Notes: generated by a model from the sequence alone, not told the origin. A stretch of DNA of 64,000 nt from Escherichia coli (GCF_003018235.1 NZ_CP027437.1), one strand, 5' to 3'; counted from the stretch's first letter, positions 52,235 to 60,997 are shown. Numbers and translations: made by a program.

Positions 52235-52430
52235 ACTCCTCACTTTTACTCCTCACTTTTTGTTATTCCTCGCCTGCTCCTCACCTGTTTTTTTTGCTTC
52301 TGTAATGCGTTGTTTTGCAATGTATTTTTTATTCCTCACTTTTTGACCTATATACAGGTGAGAAAGTGAGGAGTAGCGCTGATTTTTTGTTAAATTACTC
52401 GCTACCCTCACTTTTACTCCTCACTTTTTA
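52235..52430. repeat. Iteron array (CCTCACTTTTT, at least 6 direct copies and 1 inverted) - candidate origin of replication
   Basis: Copies at 52237, 52249, 52280 (variant), 52333, 52405, 52417 and an inverted gtgaggag at 52361. They lie immediately 3' of the rep gene, AT-rich, as in SaPI/PICI origins. Confidence 0.7.
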
Positions 52431-53828
52431 CAGTGGGTGCACATCATCGCCATCAATAGCGATTACGCCGTCACCTTCCAGCTTGTACAGCCAGCGCCGG
52501 AAATTTTTCATCTCATACCCCAGCTTTTTCATATCGTCGCGGAGAAGGGCGATAGTGCACGCCTCCCCGTGTGCTGTCCTCGTTCTGATGCACTGCCATA
52601 GCGCGGCGTGATTCTCCGTCTTGTTTCCGGCCTCCTCGATGCGCTCCAGTTCAACGGGTGGGCGCGGTTTATCCACAACCACCAGCGACGTGATTAACTC
52701 CCCGTCAGCGTCGGTAAAAAGCTCCACCACACGTAAATCGTATGCGGCCTCTTTCAGTTCCTCCGCGTCCTTCATTTTGGTGCAGGAGATAACCAGGGCT
52801 TCACAGTCCGCACCTTCACGGCGAATACGGTATTCAGCGTCCAGAGATGCACGAAATGCACTGGAACCACGCGCCCCTTTCGTCTCATCCTTGCCGGAAT
52901 GGTGAACCACCAGCACCGTGGCCCCTGTGCGTCGTTTCAGTTCGTCACATCCACGGATAAACGCCCCCATGTCACGGGAATCATTTTCATCATTGCCGCC
53001 AAAGCAACGCGCCAGCGTATCCAGAATAATCATGCGTACAGGTTTACCCGTTTCCCGCTCCACCTGGCTGGCTGCGATAACCATTTCATCAACATCAAGC
53101 GGGGCCGCCGGAAAAATGGGACGGTTTACCAGATACAGATTTTTCACCTGCTCACCGTGCACAACCTCCCAGGCTTTTACACGACGTGGAACGCCGATAC
53201 CGCCTTCACCAACCACATAGAGAACCGCACCATGTGCAACCCTGCGGCCTCCCCAGTAGCGACCTGTGGAAACGTGACACGCCCACGATCCGGCAAGGAA
53301 TGATTTATAGGAACCGCTCGCCCCGTATATGCTGCATAGCGATACCGCCGGAATAATTCCCTTAACCACGTAATCAAGTTGCGTGTCGTATCCGGCAGAA
53401 CCAATGCTCATCGGTAGTTTGGTTTTCCGCTGGTGGCTTTTTTCTTCCTCCTGCGCTTTACCGCGCTCCCGTTCCAGATATTCGCGCCAGTTCTCCCGCT
53501 TCTGGCTGTGCATCCCATCTGGGTAATAATTCGCATCCCGTACACCTGCTGCCGCCAGCTTTTGCGCTATGGCATTAATGCTCGATGGCTTGATATGGCC
53601 TGCCCTGTACAGACGGACGCAATAGCGGCCCTCGTCGATGATTCTCAGGTCTGGCAGTTCAGCCAGTTGATCATCAGCCAGCACAACGGGAGGCACATTA
53701 TCGCCAGCAAGTCGCCCGTCCTGCTCCTGCCACTGCTTCGCGTGTGCCCAGGCATCACTACCCGCAAAAATAATGACTTCTGTCATTTTGTCGTAAGGCT
53801 GTTTTCTTAAGTTCGGTGCGCTCTTCAT
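52428..53828 (-). CDS. Replication protein: RecA/DnaB-fold (RepA-like) AAA ATPase with an N-terminal extension
   Basis: 466 aa with Walker A GASGSYKS and Walker B MIILDTLAR, consistent with the RepA/primase-associated helicase-loader family of satellite elements. Confidence 0.7.
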   Translation of the reverse strand: MKSAPNLRKQPYDKMTEVIIFAGSDAWAHAKQWQEQDGRLAGDNVPPVVLADDQLAELPDLRIIDEGRYCVRLYRAGHIKPSSINAIAQKLAAAGVRDANYYPDGMHSQKRENWREYLERERGKAQEEEKSHQRKTKLPMSIGSAGYDTQLDYVVKGIIPAVSLCSIYGASGSYKSFLAGSWACHVSTGRYWGGRRVAHGAVLYVVGEGGIGVPRRVKAWEVVHGEQVKNLYLVNRPIFPAAPLDVDEMVIAASQVERETGKPVRMIILDTLARCFGGNDENDSRDMGAFIRGCDELKRRTGATVLVVHHSGKDETKGARGSSAFRASLDAEYRIRREGADCEALVISCTKMKDAEELKEAAYDLRVVELFTDADGELITSLVVVDKPRPPVELERIEEAGNKTENHAALWQCIRTRTAHGEACTIALLRDDMKKLGYEMKNFRRWLYKLEGDGVIAIDGDDVHPL

Positions 53829-54121
53829 TTGCCTTTTCTCCCTCTGGCTATCTGGTTGCGTAACTCCGCTATGTGCTGTGCTATCGTTCCTGAATCATCA
53901 CAGCAATATTTCTTTTCCTTCAGAGGCGTAAAATCCTTCTCAAATTGCAACCGGAACATCACATTCTCAAATAAATATCCAGAACGTATAAAAGTAATAA
54001 ATGTGCTGTTAACTCTCGTCACTGTCACATAATTACCGTCACCATCCAGATAAATATCACCTTTAATAATTTCAGGGCGAGGAAGGCCGCTGGCAGTTGC
54101 GCCAGTATTTTTCTTTTTCAT
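53825..54121 (-). CDS. Hypothetical 98-aa protein
   Basis: ORF overlapping the rep start by 4 nt (coupled). No recognisable domain. Confidence 0.45.
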   Translation of the reverse strand: MKKKNTGATASGLPRPEIIKGDIYLDGDGNYVTVTRVNSTFITFIRSGYLFENVMFRLQFEKDFTPLKEKKYCCDDSGTIAQHIAELRNQIARGRKGK

Positions 54122-54137
54122 GGTATTTACCTTTCTG

Positions 54138-54419
54138 TTATTCGTCGTTCTGAATAAAACGTTGTTCTCTTATTTCAGAAAGTATCCTGTAAACATTCTT
54201 ATCACTTACCACTTGATGATAATCATCATCCTCAATAAAACACATCAGCGCCTTATTACGGATATATATTTCTCTGGAAAGAAACTGTATCGCCGCGACT
54301 GCCCTTTCTTCTGTAATTCCGTTCATTGACTCACGTTCAATAATAATATTAAGTGCGGCGGATGCGTCTTCCAGTTCAATAAGGTAAGCAGCGAGGTTAT
54401 TTTTTATTCCATTAGACAT
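54138..54419 (-). CDS. Hypothetical 93-aa acidic protein
   Basis: ORF in the operon upstream of rep. Confidence 0.45.
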   Translation of the reverse strand: MSNGIKNNLAAYLIELEDASAALNIIIERESMNGITEERAVAAIQFLSREIYIRNKALMCFIEDDDYHQVVSDKNVYRILSEIREQRFIQNDE

Positions 54420-54615
54420 GGCTCACCCCCTGACAGATTTTTGCAGCGAATACAGCAACACAACCGGACGGGCAAAGGTTACGCGCTTCGCGTTCCGTCC
54501 AGGCGGTTACGTGGATGATTTGATGGTCTGACGCGCCAAAGGCAATAAAGCGCCAGGTGAATTTATTCAGGTTGTGCGAGTCCCGCCCTTGCGGGTGTGT
54601 GATATGATTTAACAT
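54412..54615 (-). CDS. Hypothetical 67-aa protein (MLNHITHPQGRD...); the real gene inside the 353-aa six-frame ORF
   Basis: ATG at 54615 with a GAGGT RBS 6 nt upstream. The rest of the 54412..55473 ORF runs antisense through a promoter region and other genes and is implausible. Confidence 0.5.
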   Translation of the reverse strand: MLNHITHPQGRDSHNLNKFTWRFIAFGASDHQIIHVTAWTEREARNLCPSGCVAVFAAKICQGVSHV

Positions 54616-54712
54616 AGCTACCTCGATACTATTGCTATCGTTGGTGGTTAGAAGCCTGTGGGTGTTAGCGGCACCTACGGGCTTCGCAGTTTCTGAACCT
54701 TGAACACTCAAG

Positions 54713-54794
54713 GTGTAAGACACAACATAAAACAACAGTGTCTTACACGTCAACCCTTTAAAATAGTTTTTTTTCGTGTATATTGTCTTACACC
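54713..54794. promoter_or_regulatory. Divergent promoter/operator region with three GTGTCTTACAC sites (one inverted)
   Basis: gtgtaagacac at 54713, gtgtcttacac at 54739 and tgtcttacacc at 54784. They lie between the minus-strand 67-aa gene and the plus-strand 61-aa gene. Confidence 0.6.
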
Positions 54795-54814
54795 AAAAAC
54801 ATGAGGGGTTAGAC

Positions 54815-55000
54815 ATGGCAACAGGTCCAAAGAATGCAAAATCACAATCTGTAACTGCACGTATTGCCCATGAAATTATTGAAGGCATGGAAAACGTGAA
54901 AGAAGATGGCGAAAGTACAGGGCAGTTTATAAGCGCAGCCATGCGTGGCGAGATCAAACGCCGCCAACGGAAAAAAACCAAAGAATCAGATAAGGAATAA
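54815..55000 (+). CDS. Small 61-aa basic protein (MATGPKNAKSQS...), candidate repressor/regulator of the switch region
   Basis: ATG at 54815 preceded by a GAGGGG RBS. The six-frame ORF begins at an upstream GTG at 54776, inside operator site 3. Confidence 0.45.
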   Translation: MATGPKNAKSQSVTARIAHEIIEGMENVKEDGESTGQFISAAMRGEIKRRQRKKTKESDKE

Positions 55001-55003
55001 CTT

Positions 55004-55147
55004 ATGCAGCAAGTACTATACTGGCTTGGCTCTTTGTTTTTATTTGCTTTCCTCCTGGGAAATTGCATCAGCAATGAACACGTCAGTAATGAGCGTGTAT
55101 GCAGGAGTGATGAAAAAAAGATTCCACGCCTCATATACAATGATTGA
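55004..55147 (+). CDS. Candidate 47-aa hydrophobic peptide (MQQVLYWLGSLFLFAFLLGNC...)
   Basis: ATG 4 nt after the upstream stop, with an AAGGAA RBS. It has a single predicted TM helix. It is below the 60-aa ORF cut-off, and a competing 68-aa ORF lies in another frame at 54945..55151. Confidence 0.25.
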   Translation: MQQVLYWLGSLFLFAFLLGNCISNEHVSNERVCRSDEKKIPRLIYND

Positions 55148-55477
55148 TTAGCTCGTGCAGCACTAAAGCAACGCAAGGCCAAAGAGCAGGAATAGCCCAC
55201 CAGCAAGCCAGCGCACTGATCACATTGCCCACCAGCCGCAAATGTGGCATTGTTGGCTATGCTCATGCGTTGGGGATAACGTGTAGCTTGTGTCGAGGGG
55301 CCACCGTAGCGGGTGGCCTTTGTTTTGCCTGTTATCCGGCAATTGTGGCGCTTCGCCACACGGTTGATATAATTCCCCTGCACTGATCCATTTTTTTCGC
55401 AGCAGGTTAATTGTTCGCAAGGGCGCTCCGGCAACGGGGCGCTTTTTGTTATGTTCATCGCGTTACGCCTCACACCA

Positions 55478-55684
55478 TTACGCAGCCGTTCCGCGCGCTT
55501 CTTCCTCGCGCTCTTTCAGCCAGGCCAGCACTTCATCTTCATACCAGCCAACACGACGCAGACCGATTTTGAAGCCTTTCGGGAATTTTCCGGCGTTGAT
55601 CATGTCCTGTAGCGAACTGTCCGCCTTGATGCGAAGAATATTTTTTACTTCCTGACGGGTGAGTATTTTTCTGATTACTTCCAT
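55478..55684 (-). CDS. alpA: AlpA-family phage/island transcriptional regulator (MerR-like HTH)
   Basis: 68 aa; ...LRIKADSSLQDMINAGKFPKGFKIGLRRVGWYEDEVLAWL... matches the AlpA/Xis-like HTH pattern. Confidence 0.7.
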   Translation of the reverse strand: MEVIRKILTRQEVKNILRIKADSSLQDMINAGKFPKGFKIGLRRVGWYEDEVLAWLKEREEEARGTAA

Positions 55685-55724
55685 CGTGTTTTACCTCATT
55701 AATCCGGCGTGTTCCGGTGATAAA

Positions 55725-55790
55725 TACGGTAAAACAGGGAAGGGCGGGAAAAACAGTACCTACCGTTTTAAAACGGTACCCACTGTTTTT
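55725..55790. promoter_or_regulatory. alpA upstream operator: 40-bp near-perfect palindrome centred on TACCGTTTTAAAACGGTA, plus an extra ACGGTAAAAC half-site
   Basis: aaacagtacc-taccgttttaaaacggta-cccactgtttt at 55750-55790; an additional half-site lies at 55727-55737. Confidence 0.6.
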
Positions 55791-55821
55791 TATCTCGTTG
55801 ATTGTGCTTCTTTTTGCAAAA

Positions 55822-55850
55822 AATAGCGACCGCAAGGGGCCGCTATTGTG
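55822..55850 (-). terminator. Rho-independent terminator between the 77-aa gene and alpA
   Basis: Minus strand reads atagcggccccttgcggtcgctat followed by tttttgc. Confidence 0.5.
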
Positions 55851-55851
55851 A

Positions 55852-56085
55852 TTACCGTCTCCACTTCTTAGGTCGCCCACCGCATTTAAGGCTGGTGGGC
55901 CTCAGCACCTTGTCGATGCTTTCAGCCAGATTTTTCGATACGCCACGTGAGCGCAAAAAACTGACTACCTCGTGTTTTGTGGGGGCTGTTGATTTGTCTT
56001 CCGGATCGTACGTTGACCAGAATTCACGGCTTACCAGTACAGCCAGTTCAAGCCCGTCACAAGTGCCATTGATGTTTGTTTGCAT
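55852..56085 (-). CDS. Hypothetical 77-aa protein (possible excision/regulatory factor)
   Basis: ORF directly downstream of int, with a basic C-terminus CGGRPKKWRR. Confidence 0.45.
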   Translation of the reverse strand: MQTNINGTCDGLELAVLVSREFWSTYDPEDKSTAPTKHEVVSFLRSRGVSKNLAESIDKVLRPTSLKCGGRPKKWRR

Positions 56086-56189
56086 GTTGATGCTCTCTTC
56101 ATGTTTGGCGGCCTTTGGGGGTAACGAGATAATGCAACTATACGACGGTTTTACATGGTTTTCATCGTTTTTGCTGGTTTTGTGTACAG

Positions 56190-57449
56190 TTATACCGCAC
56201 GGATACCCCTTTTACCACCAGCAAGGGTAACGCCCGTTGCCGCTGCCTCAACAAATTCCCCCCACCAGCGCATCAGCACAATGCGTTTTTCCAGGTAGTT
56301 ACTGCGGTTGTAGGCTCTCCTTACTTCGTTGGTGTCCACGTGGGCCAGTGCGGCCTCGATTACGTCCGGCTCGAATCCTTCCTCGTTTGCTGCTGTGCTG
56401 AATATGGCGCGTAATCCATGAGACACCAGCACGCCAGCGAACCCCATGCGCCGTAATGCTGCGTTGGCGGTCTGGCTGTTCATCGGCTGGCGTGGGTCTT
56501 TCAGGCTCGGGAAAACATGCTCGCGGTGGTGGCTGATTGGTTTCATGGCCTCCAGCACTGCCATAGCCTGACCGCAAAGCGGGATAACGTGATCACGTCG
56601 CATCTTCATACGTCCGGCTGGTATCGTCCATTGTTGCTCGTCCAGGTCGATTTCTTCCCAGCGTGCTGACGATGCCTCAACAGGACGGGTTACGGTAAGT
56701 AGCTGCCACTCAATCAGTAGTCTTGTCTGCCGTTCTGTTGCCGATACGGATAAAGCCCGCATAAGCTCCGGTAGCTGCTCGGGGCGGATTGTTGGCATAT
56801 GTTTTTTTACTGGGGTGGGGAAGGCCTTGCGCACGTTTGTAGCCGGATTGGTATCAATCATCCCGCTGTTGGCGGCGTAATCCATAACTTCATTGATGCG
56901 CTGTAAAACCCGCTTGAGCGTTTCCAGGTTGCCGCGTTCCTTGATGGGGGTGAGTATCTCCACGAACCTGCGGGCGGTGAGGGTGTCTACTGGCGTGTCA
57001 CCGATGAACGGGAATACATATTTCTCCAGCGATCTCCATATGTCTTTAATTGTGTTGGGTGCAAGATTCTGGCTGATTTTCACCTGGTACCATGCCGCTG
57101 CTACATTTTCGAACGTGTTGCCCTGTCTCCGTTCCTCTGCTTCGCGTTTTCGTCGCTCGTGTTCCTGTGGGTCGGTGCCGGAAGAAATTAACGTCCTGTA
57201 CTCGCTACGGCGTTTTCTGGCATCAGCCAAGGAAACATCATCAAGCGATCCAAAACTCAGCAATATTCTTTTTTTGTCCAATGGGCGGTAGTAGGAAAAT
57301 CGCCAGAGTTTTGATCCAGACGGTTTGACCAGGAGAAAAAGCCCTCCGCCGTCCTGTAGGGTGTACTCCTTTTCCGCTGGTCTGGCTGCTTTGATCTGCA
57401 CTGTGGTTAATGGGGTTGTTTTTCTCGCCATATGTCTATGATTCCACAC
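56190..57449 (-). CDS. int: P4-type tyrosine integrase (N-terminal DUF4102 arm-binding domain)
   Basis: 419 aa. The N-terminus LTTVQIKAARPAEKEYTLQDGGGLFLLVKPSGSKLWRFSY is characteristic of P4/CP4-57-type integrases. C-terminal HGLR...Y catalytic residues. Adjacent to the tRNA. Confidence 0.85.
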   Translation of the reverse strand: MWNHRHMARKTTPLTTVQIKAARPAEKEYTLQDGGGLFLLVKPSGSKLWRFSYYRPLDKKRILLSFGSLDDVSLADARKRRSEYRTLISSGTDPQEHERRKREAEERRQGNTFENVAAAWYQVKISQNLAPNTIKDIWRSLEKYVFPFIGDTPVDTLTARRFVEILTPIKERGNLETLKRVLQRINEVMDYAANSGMIDTNPATNVRKAFPTPVKKHMPTIRPEQLPELMRALSVSATERQTRLLIEWQLLTVTRPVEASSARWEEIDLDEQQWTIPAGRMKMRRDHVIPLCGQAMAVLEAMKPISHHREHVFPSLKDPRQPMNSQTANAALRRMGFAGVLVSHGLRAIFSTAANEEGFEPDVIEAALAHVDTNEVRRAYNRSNYLEKRIVLMRWWGEFVEAAATGVTLAGGKRGIRAV

Positions 57450-57530
57450 GAAAAAATGGGGTTTTAGTTATACGGCTTTAGTTATACGTCAGCCCGTATA
57501 ACTAAACGTATAACTAAAAAATCCGGCTGA
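57450..57530. promoter_or_regulatory. attR-proximal integrase arm-type sites (TTAGTTATACG x2, CGTATAACTAA x2)
   Basis: Four 11-mers in alternating orientation between the int start and proL. The same motif occurs at the left end of the island. Confidence 0.6.
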
Positions 57531-57649
57531 TAGCTTATAAATCCGGTGATGTCCGGTGACTAAAAACCATAAAAAAACCCGCCAATCAAGTGATTAGCGG
57601 GCTTTTCGTGTCTGAAACTGTTATTTCCGGTGGTATCCGGTGGGCGATT

Positions 57650-57726
57650 TGGTCGGCACGAGAGGATTTGAACCTCCGACCCCCGACACCCCATGACGGT
57701 GCGCTACCAGGCTGCGCTACGTGCCG
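57650..57726 (-). tRNA. proL: tRNA-Pro (GGG)
   Basis: Plus strand is the exact reverse complement of CGGCACGUAGCGCAGCCUGGUAGCGCACCGUCAUGGGGUGUCGGGGGUCGGAGGUUCAAAUCCUCUCGUGCCGACCA. Confidence 0.95.
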
Positions 57727-57800
57727 ACTCGTGGCTGCTAATACTACCGTTTTCCACACCGATTGCAAGTAAGATATTTTGCTAACTGATTTATAATTAA

Positions 57801-59561
57801 TCAGTTAGCGATAAAACGCTTCTCGTCTGTCAGTACTTGCAATAACAAACTTAACTGTGGTTTTTCATCTTTCACTCTTTCACCACGTAAGTTGTAAGTA
57901 CGGTATTTACCGTTATTGTTCAGCACCAGCGTCTTTTTCGGGGTGGTAATTGCCAGCGTATCGTTATCCGCGGCGGTAACCCAGTAATGACGGCGTTGAG
58001 GGTTGAACAAATCCTGACCTTGCGAATATTCGCTGGCAGGTGTGCTGACATGTAGCAGGCGTTGCATCAGCGTCGTCATCAGATCGGTATGATCAGTCAG
58101 AGCATTAATACGCTGCGCCGGCGTACCTGGCCAGTGAATCACTAATGGTACCTGCAGATGACCGTGGGACCAGTCAAAGGTTTCTTCCTCTTCGCTCAGC
58201 GGAATACCCCGACCGGCAGTGATAATCACCACCGTATTGTCCAGTTTGCCAGAATCACGCAGTGCATTGAGCACGCGGTTGATTTGGTCATCGACATTGC
58301 CTGCCGCCCGGCTATATTTCCGTGCAAATGCCTGCTGATTGCTGTCGTCAATGTTAGTGCCATTGAAAGAGATCCACGAGAACCAGCGGTTATCTTCTTG
58401 TGCGTAGCGGCCCAGCCAGTTGATCCACTGCGTGGCGGTCTGCTCGTCGGATTGGGTGCGTACGCTCGGCATCGAGAAATCTGACAACAATGCCTGGCGA
58501 TACAGCGGGCTGGTAAAGCCATCTGATGAGAATAACCCCAGCTGATAGCCTTGCTGATTAAGCGCAGTAATTAATGCCGCAGGCGTACGGGTCGACAGAA
58601 TACCGTCCATATAGCTCGGCGAGATGCCATAGAACAGGCCAAAGATGCCGTTGTCTGTAGTGTTGCCGGAGCTCATATGGCGCGTGAACGAAATATTTTG
58701 CTCAGCAAAACCTGCCAGCGCAGGCATCTGCTTCTCGAAGCGTGAGTAGTTCAGGCCATCGACAGTAATCAACAGCACATTCTGCCCGGTGCCCATATCG
58801 CGATAGCGCAGTTCGCTTAACGGATACTGAACGGAAACGGCGTCTGGATTACCTTGCTCAATGAGACGGCGTTGATACTCCTGCGCATCAAGCAGACCAT
58901 GCTTCTCAAGAAAACGTCGCGCCGTCATCGGGTACGAAAGCGGTAGGTTAGCGCGCTGCATGGTGATCGGGCGATAGAAGTTGGCATCGGCCCAGATATA
59001 CACCACATGCGAGGCGATAAAGGCGATAAATAAGAATGCGGCCAGCGGGCGCGCGAAGCGTCGACGACGCGTCAGGCTTCGCAGCTTTTGCCAGCTCCAC
59101 GTCGCAAACACCAGTTCAAGCAATAAAATAACCGGCACGCTGATGAACATCAGCTGCCAGTCGCGCGCCATCTCATTTTCGTCTGGGTTGATAACCAGTT
59201 GCCAGACGATGGGATTAAGATGGAGATGGAAACGAGTAAAGACTTCGCTATCGATCAGTAATAGCGTCATTCCCGCCGTTGCCAGAATGACGGACAAAAA
59301 CCTCATCAGCCTCTGGGAGCCGACGATAAAGGTCAGCGGGAAGAGGATCAGCAAGTAGGTGGCGAACACCAGGAAGCTGAAATGGCCGATAATGCTTACG
59401 TAGGAATAAATGCGACCAGCAAGCGTTGTCGGCCAGTCGGCGATAAACAGGTAACGGCTGCCAATGACGAGCGAAAGCAGAATATTGAACAGTGCAAACC
59501 AGTGCCCCCAACTGACCATCTGGGAGACTTTTTCACGGTAGCGCTGACGATGAGTTACCAT
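57801..59561 (-). CDS. yejM: Inner-membrane sulfatase-family protein YejM (PbgA)
   Basis: 586 aa with N-terminal 5-TM domains and a periplasmic sulfatase-like domain. Confidence 0.85.
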   Translation of the reverse strand: MVTHRQRYREKVSQMVSWGHWFALFNILLSLVIGSRYLFIADWPTTLAGRIYSYVSIIGHFSFLVFATYLLILFPLTFIVGSQRLMRFLSVILATAGMTLLLIDSEVFTRFHLHLNPIVWQLVINPDENEMARDWQLMFISVPVILLLELVFATWSWQKLRSLTRRRRFARPLAAFLFIAFIASHVVYIWADANFYRPITMQRANLPLSYPMTARRFLEKHGLLDAQEYQRRLIEQGNPDAVSVQYPLSELRYRDMGTGQNVLLITVDGLNYSRFEKQMPALAGFAEQNISFTRHMSSGNTTDNGIFGLFYGISPSYMDGILSTRTPAALITALNQQGYQLGLFSSDGFTSPLYRQALLSDFSMPSVRTQSDEQTATQWINWLGRYAQEDNRWFSWISFNGTNIDDSNQQAFARKYSRAAGNVDDQINRVLNALRDSGKLDNTVVIITAGRGIPLSEEEETFDWSHGHLQVPLVIHWPGTPAQRINALTDHTDLMTTLMQRLLHVSTPASEYSQGQDLFNPQRRHYWVTAADNDTLAITTPKKTLVLNNNGKYRTYNLRGERVKDEKPQLSLLLQVLTDEKRFIAN

Positions 59562-59580
59562 AACCTGTTATCTGTTTCCC

Positions 59581-59808
59581 TTAGTGCGCTTTGTCTTCGT
59601 TGATAGAGGACTGTAAGGCGCGGGCAAAAGAGTTGGCAATTGCCTGGCGTTGGGCCGGGGCAATGCTGGTGTTGATAAGGTTAGTGACCATGTTGCCTAA
59701 CACCATCAGGGAAAGGTCGGTCGGAGCCTTATGTTTTTCCAGTACGTTGAGCAGCTCTGCGAGCAATTGTTCAACCTGTTCATCACTGTAGCGGGAAATT
59801 TGTGGCAT
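59581..59808 (-). CDS. yejL: UPF0352 protein YejL
   Basis: 75 aa; position and sequence match. Confidence 0.8.
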
Positions 59809-59989
59809 AAATCGAAATCAGTTAGTTGATGAAAGGGCAACATATTACCGTAGCAACGGTTTTTTTTCTGCTTTTTTATGCGTTAAATCATTCTCGTTAC
59901 GCTGCCTTCTGTAAAATGACCGCCATCTTTTATTGCGTCGCTTAACCGGCGGTGGTTGAATACCGCCCGGTCTTAAAGGAGAGTTTATC

Positions 59990-60997
59990 ATGAGTCTGGA
60001 TGTCAACCAGATTGCTCTGCACCAGCTTATCAAGCGTGATGAGCAGAACCTTGAGCTGGTGTTGCGCGATTCATTGCTGGAACCGACGGAAACCGTCGTT
60101 GAGATGGTGGCAGAACTGCATCGGGTCTATAGCGCCAAAAATAAAGCTTACGGCTTGTTTAGCGAAGAGAGTGAACTGGCGCAGACGCTGCGCTTACAGC
60201 GTCAGGGCGAAGAGGACTTTCTGGCATTTAGCCGCGCGGCAACCGGTCGCCTGCGTGACGAATTAGCGAAATATCCTTTTGCTGACGGTGGATTCGTGCT
60301 GTTTTGCCACTATCGCTATCTGGCGGTGGAGTATCTGCTGGTGGCAGTTCTGAGTAACCTGAGCAGTATGCGTGTTAACGAAAATCTCGACATCAACCCA
60401 ACTCATTATCTTGATATCAATCATGCGGATATTGTTGCGCGTATCGATTTAACCGAGTGGGAAACCAATCCAGAGTCGACCCGCTATCTCACTTTCCTGA
60501 AAGGGCGAGTAGGGCGCAAAGTGGCGGATTTCTTTATGGATTTCCTCGGTGCCAGCGAAGGGTTAAACGCGAAAGCGCAAAACCGTGGGCTGTTGCAAGC
60601 GGTCGATGATTTCACTGCCGAAGCACAACTGGATAAAGCAGAGCGACAGAACGTGCGCCAGCAGGTTTATAGCTACTGTAATGAGCAGCTACAGGCAGGT
60701 GAAGAGATTGAACTGGAATCGCTGTCGAAAGAGCTGGCAGGCGTCAGCGAAGTGAGCTTCACGGAGTTTGCGGCTGAAAAAGGCTACGAACTGGAAGAGA
60801 GCTTCCCGGCAGACCGTAGCACACTGCGTCAGTTGACGAAGTTTGCCGGTAGCGGCGGTGGCTTGACTATTAACTTTGATGCGATGCTGTTAGGTGAACG
60901 CATCTTCTGGGATCCAGCCACCGATACCCTGACCATTAAAGGCACGCCGCCGAATTTGCGCGATCAATTGCAGCGCCGGACGTCTGGCGGCAATTAA
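59990..60997 (+). CDS. yejK: Nucleoid-associated protein YejK (NdpA)
   Basis: 335 aa; [19 protein letters not shown]... Confidence 0.85.
   Translation: MSLDVNQIALHQLIKRDEQNLELVLRDSLLEPTETVVEMVAELHRVYSAKNKAYGLFSEESELAQTLRLQRQGEEDFLAFSRAATGRLRDELAKYPFADGGFVLFCHYRYLAVEYLLVAVLSNLSSMRVNENLDINPTHYLDINHADIVARIDLTEWETNPESTRYLTFLKGRVGRKVADFFMDFLGASEGLNAKAQNRGLLQAVDDFTAEAQLDKAERQNVRQQVYSYCNEQLQAGEEIELESLSKELAGVSEVSFTEFAAEKGYELEESFPADRSTLRQLTKFAGSGGGLTINFDAMLLGERIFWDPATDTLTIKGTPPNLRDQLQRRTSGGN

Larger units (their letters stand above)
47315..57649. mobile_element. Roughly 10.3-kb integrative satellite-like island (PICI or P4-like) inserted at the 3' end of tRNA-Pro proL
   Basis: A P4-type integrase is adjacent to the tRNA. 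A partial copy of the tRNA 3' end (gcacgagag) lies at the left border. TTAGTTATACG arm-type repeats occur at both ends. The island also has alpA, a rep gene followed by iterons, a protease-capsid fusion, and a perC-like gene. yejO and proL are adjacent in K-12. Confidence 0.8.

Noticed and set aside
54945-55151. 68-aa plus-strand ORF (MARSNAANGKK...) overlapping the 47-aa peptide ORF in another frame
   Set aside because: It starts inside the 61-aa gene without an RBS. The alternative 47-aa frame has a start-stop coupling and an AAGGAA RBS. Neither is certain.
54412-55473. 353-aa minus-strand ORF, the longest ORF inside the island apart from rep and the capsid gene
   Set aside because: It is low-complexity and runs antisense through the divergent promoter region and through the plus-strand 61-aa and 47-aa genes. 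Only its last 67 codons, with an RBS and ATG at 54615, look like a real gene.
47315-57649. Interpretation as two tandem islands (boundary near 52230) rather than one
   Set aside because: Arm-type 11-mer repeats are found only at the outer ends. The 86-aa ORF is translationally coupled to the internal recombinase across the putative boundary. No tRNA-3' repeat is seen internally. A single composite island is more parsimonious, but the tandem model is kept as an alternative in the findings.
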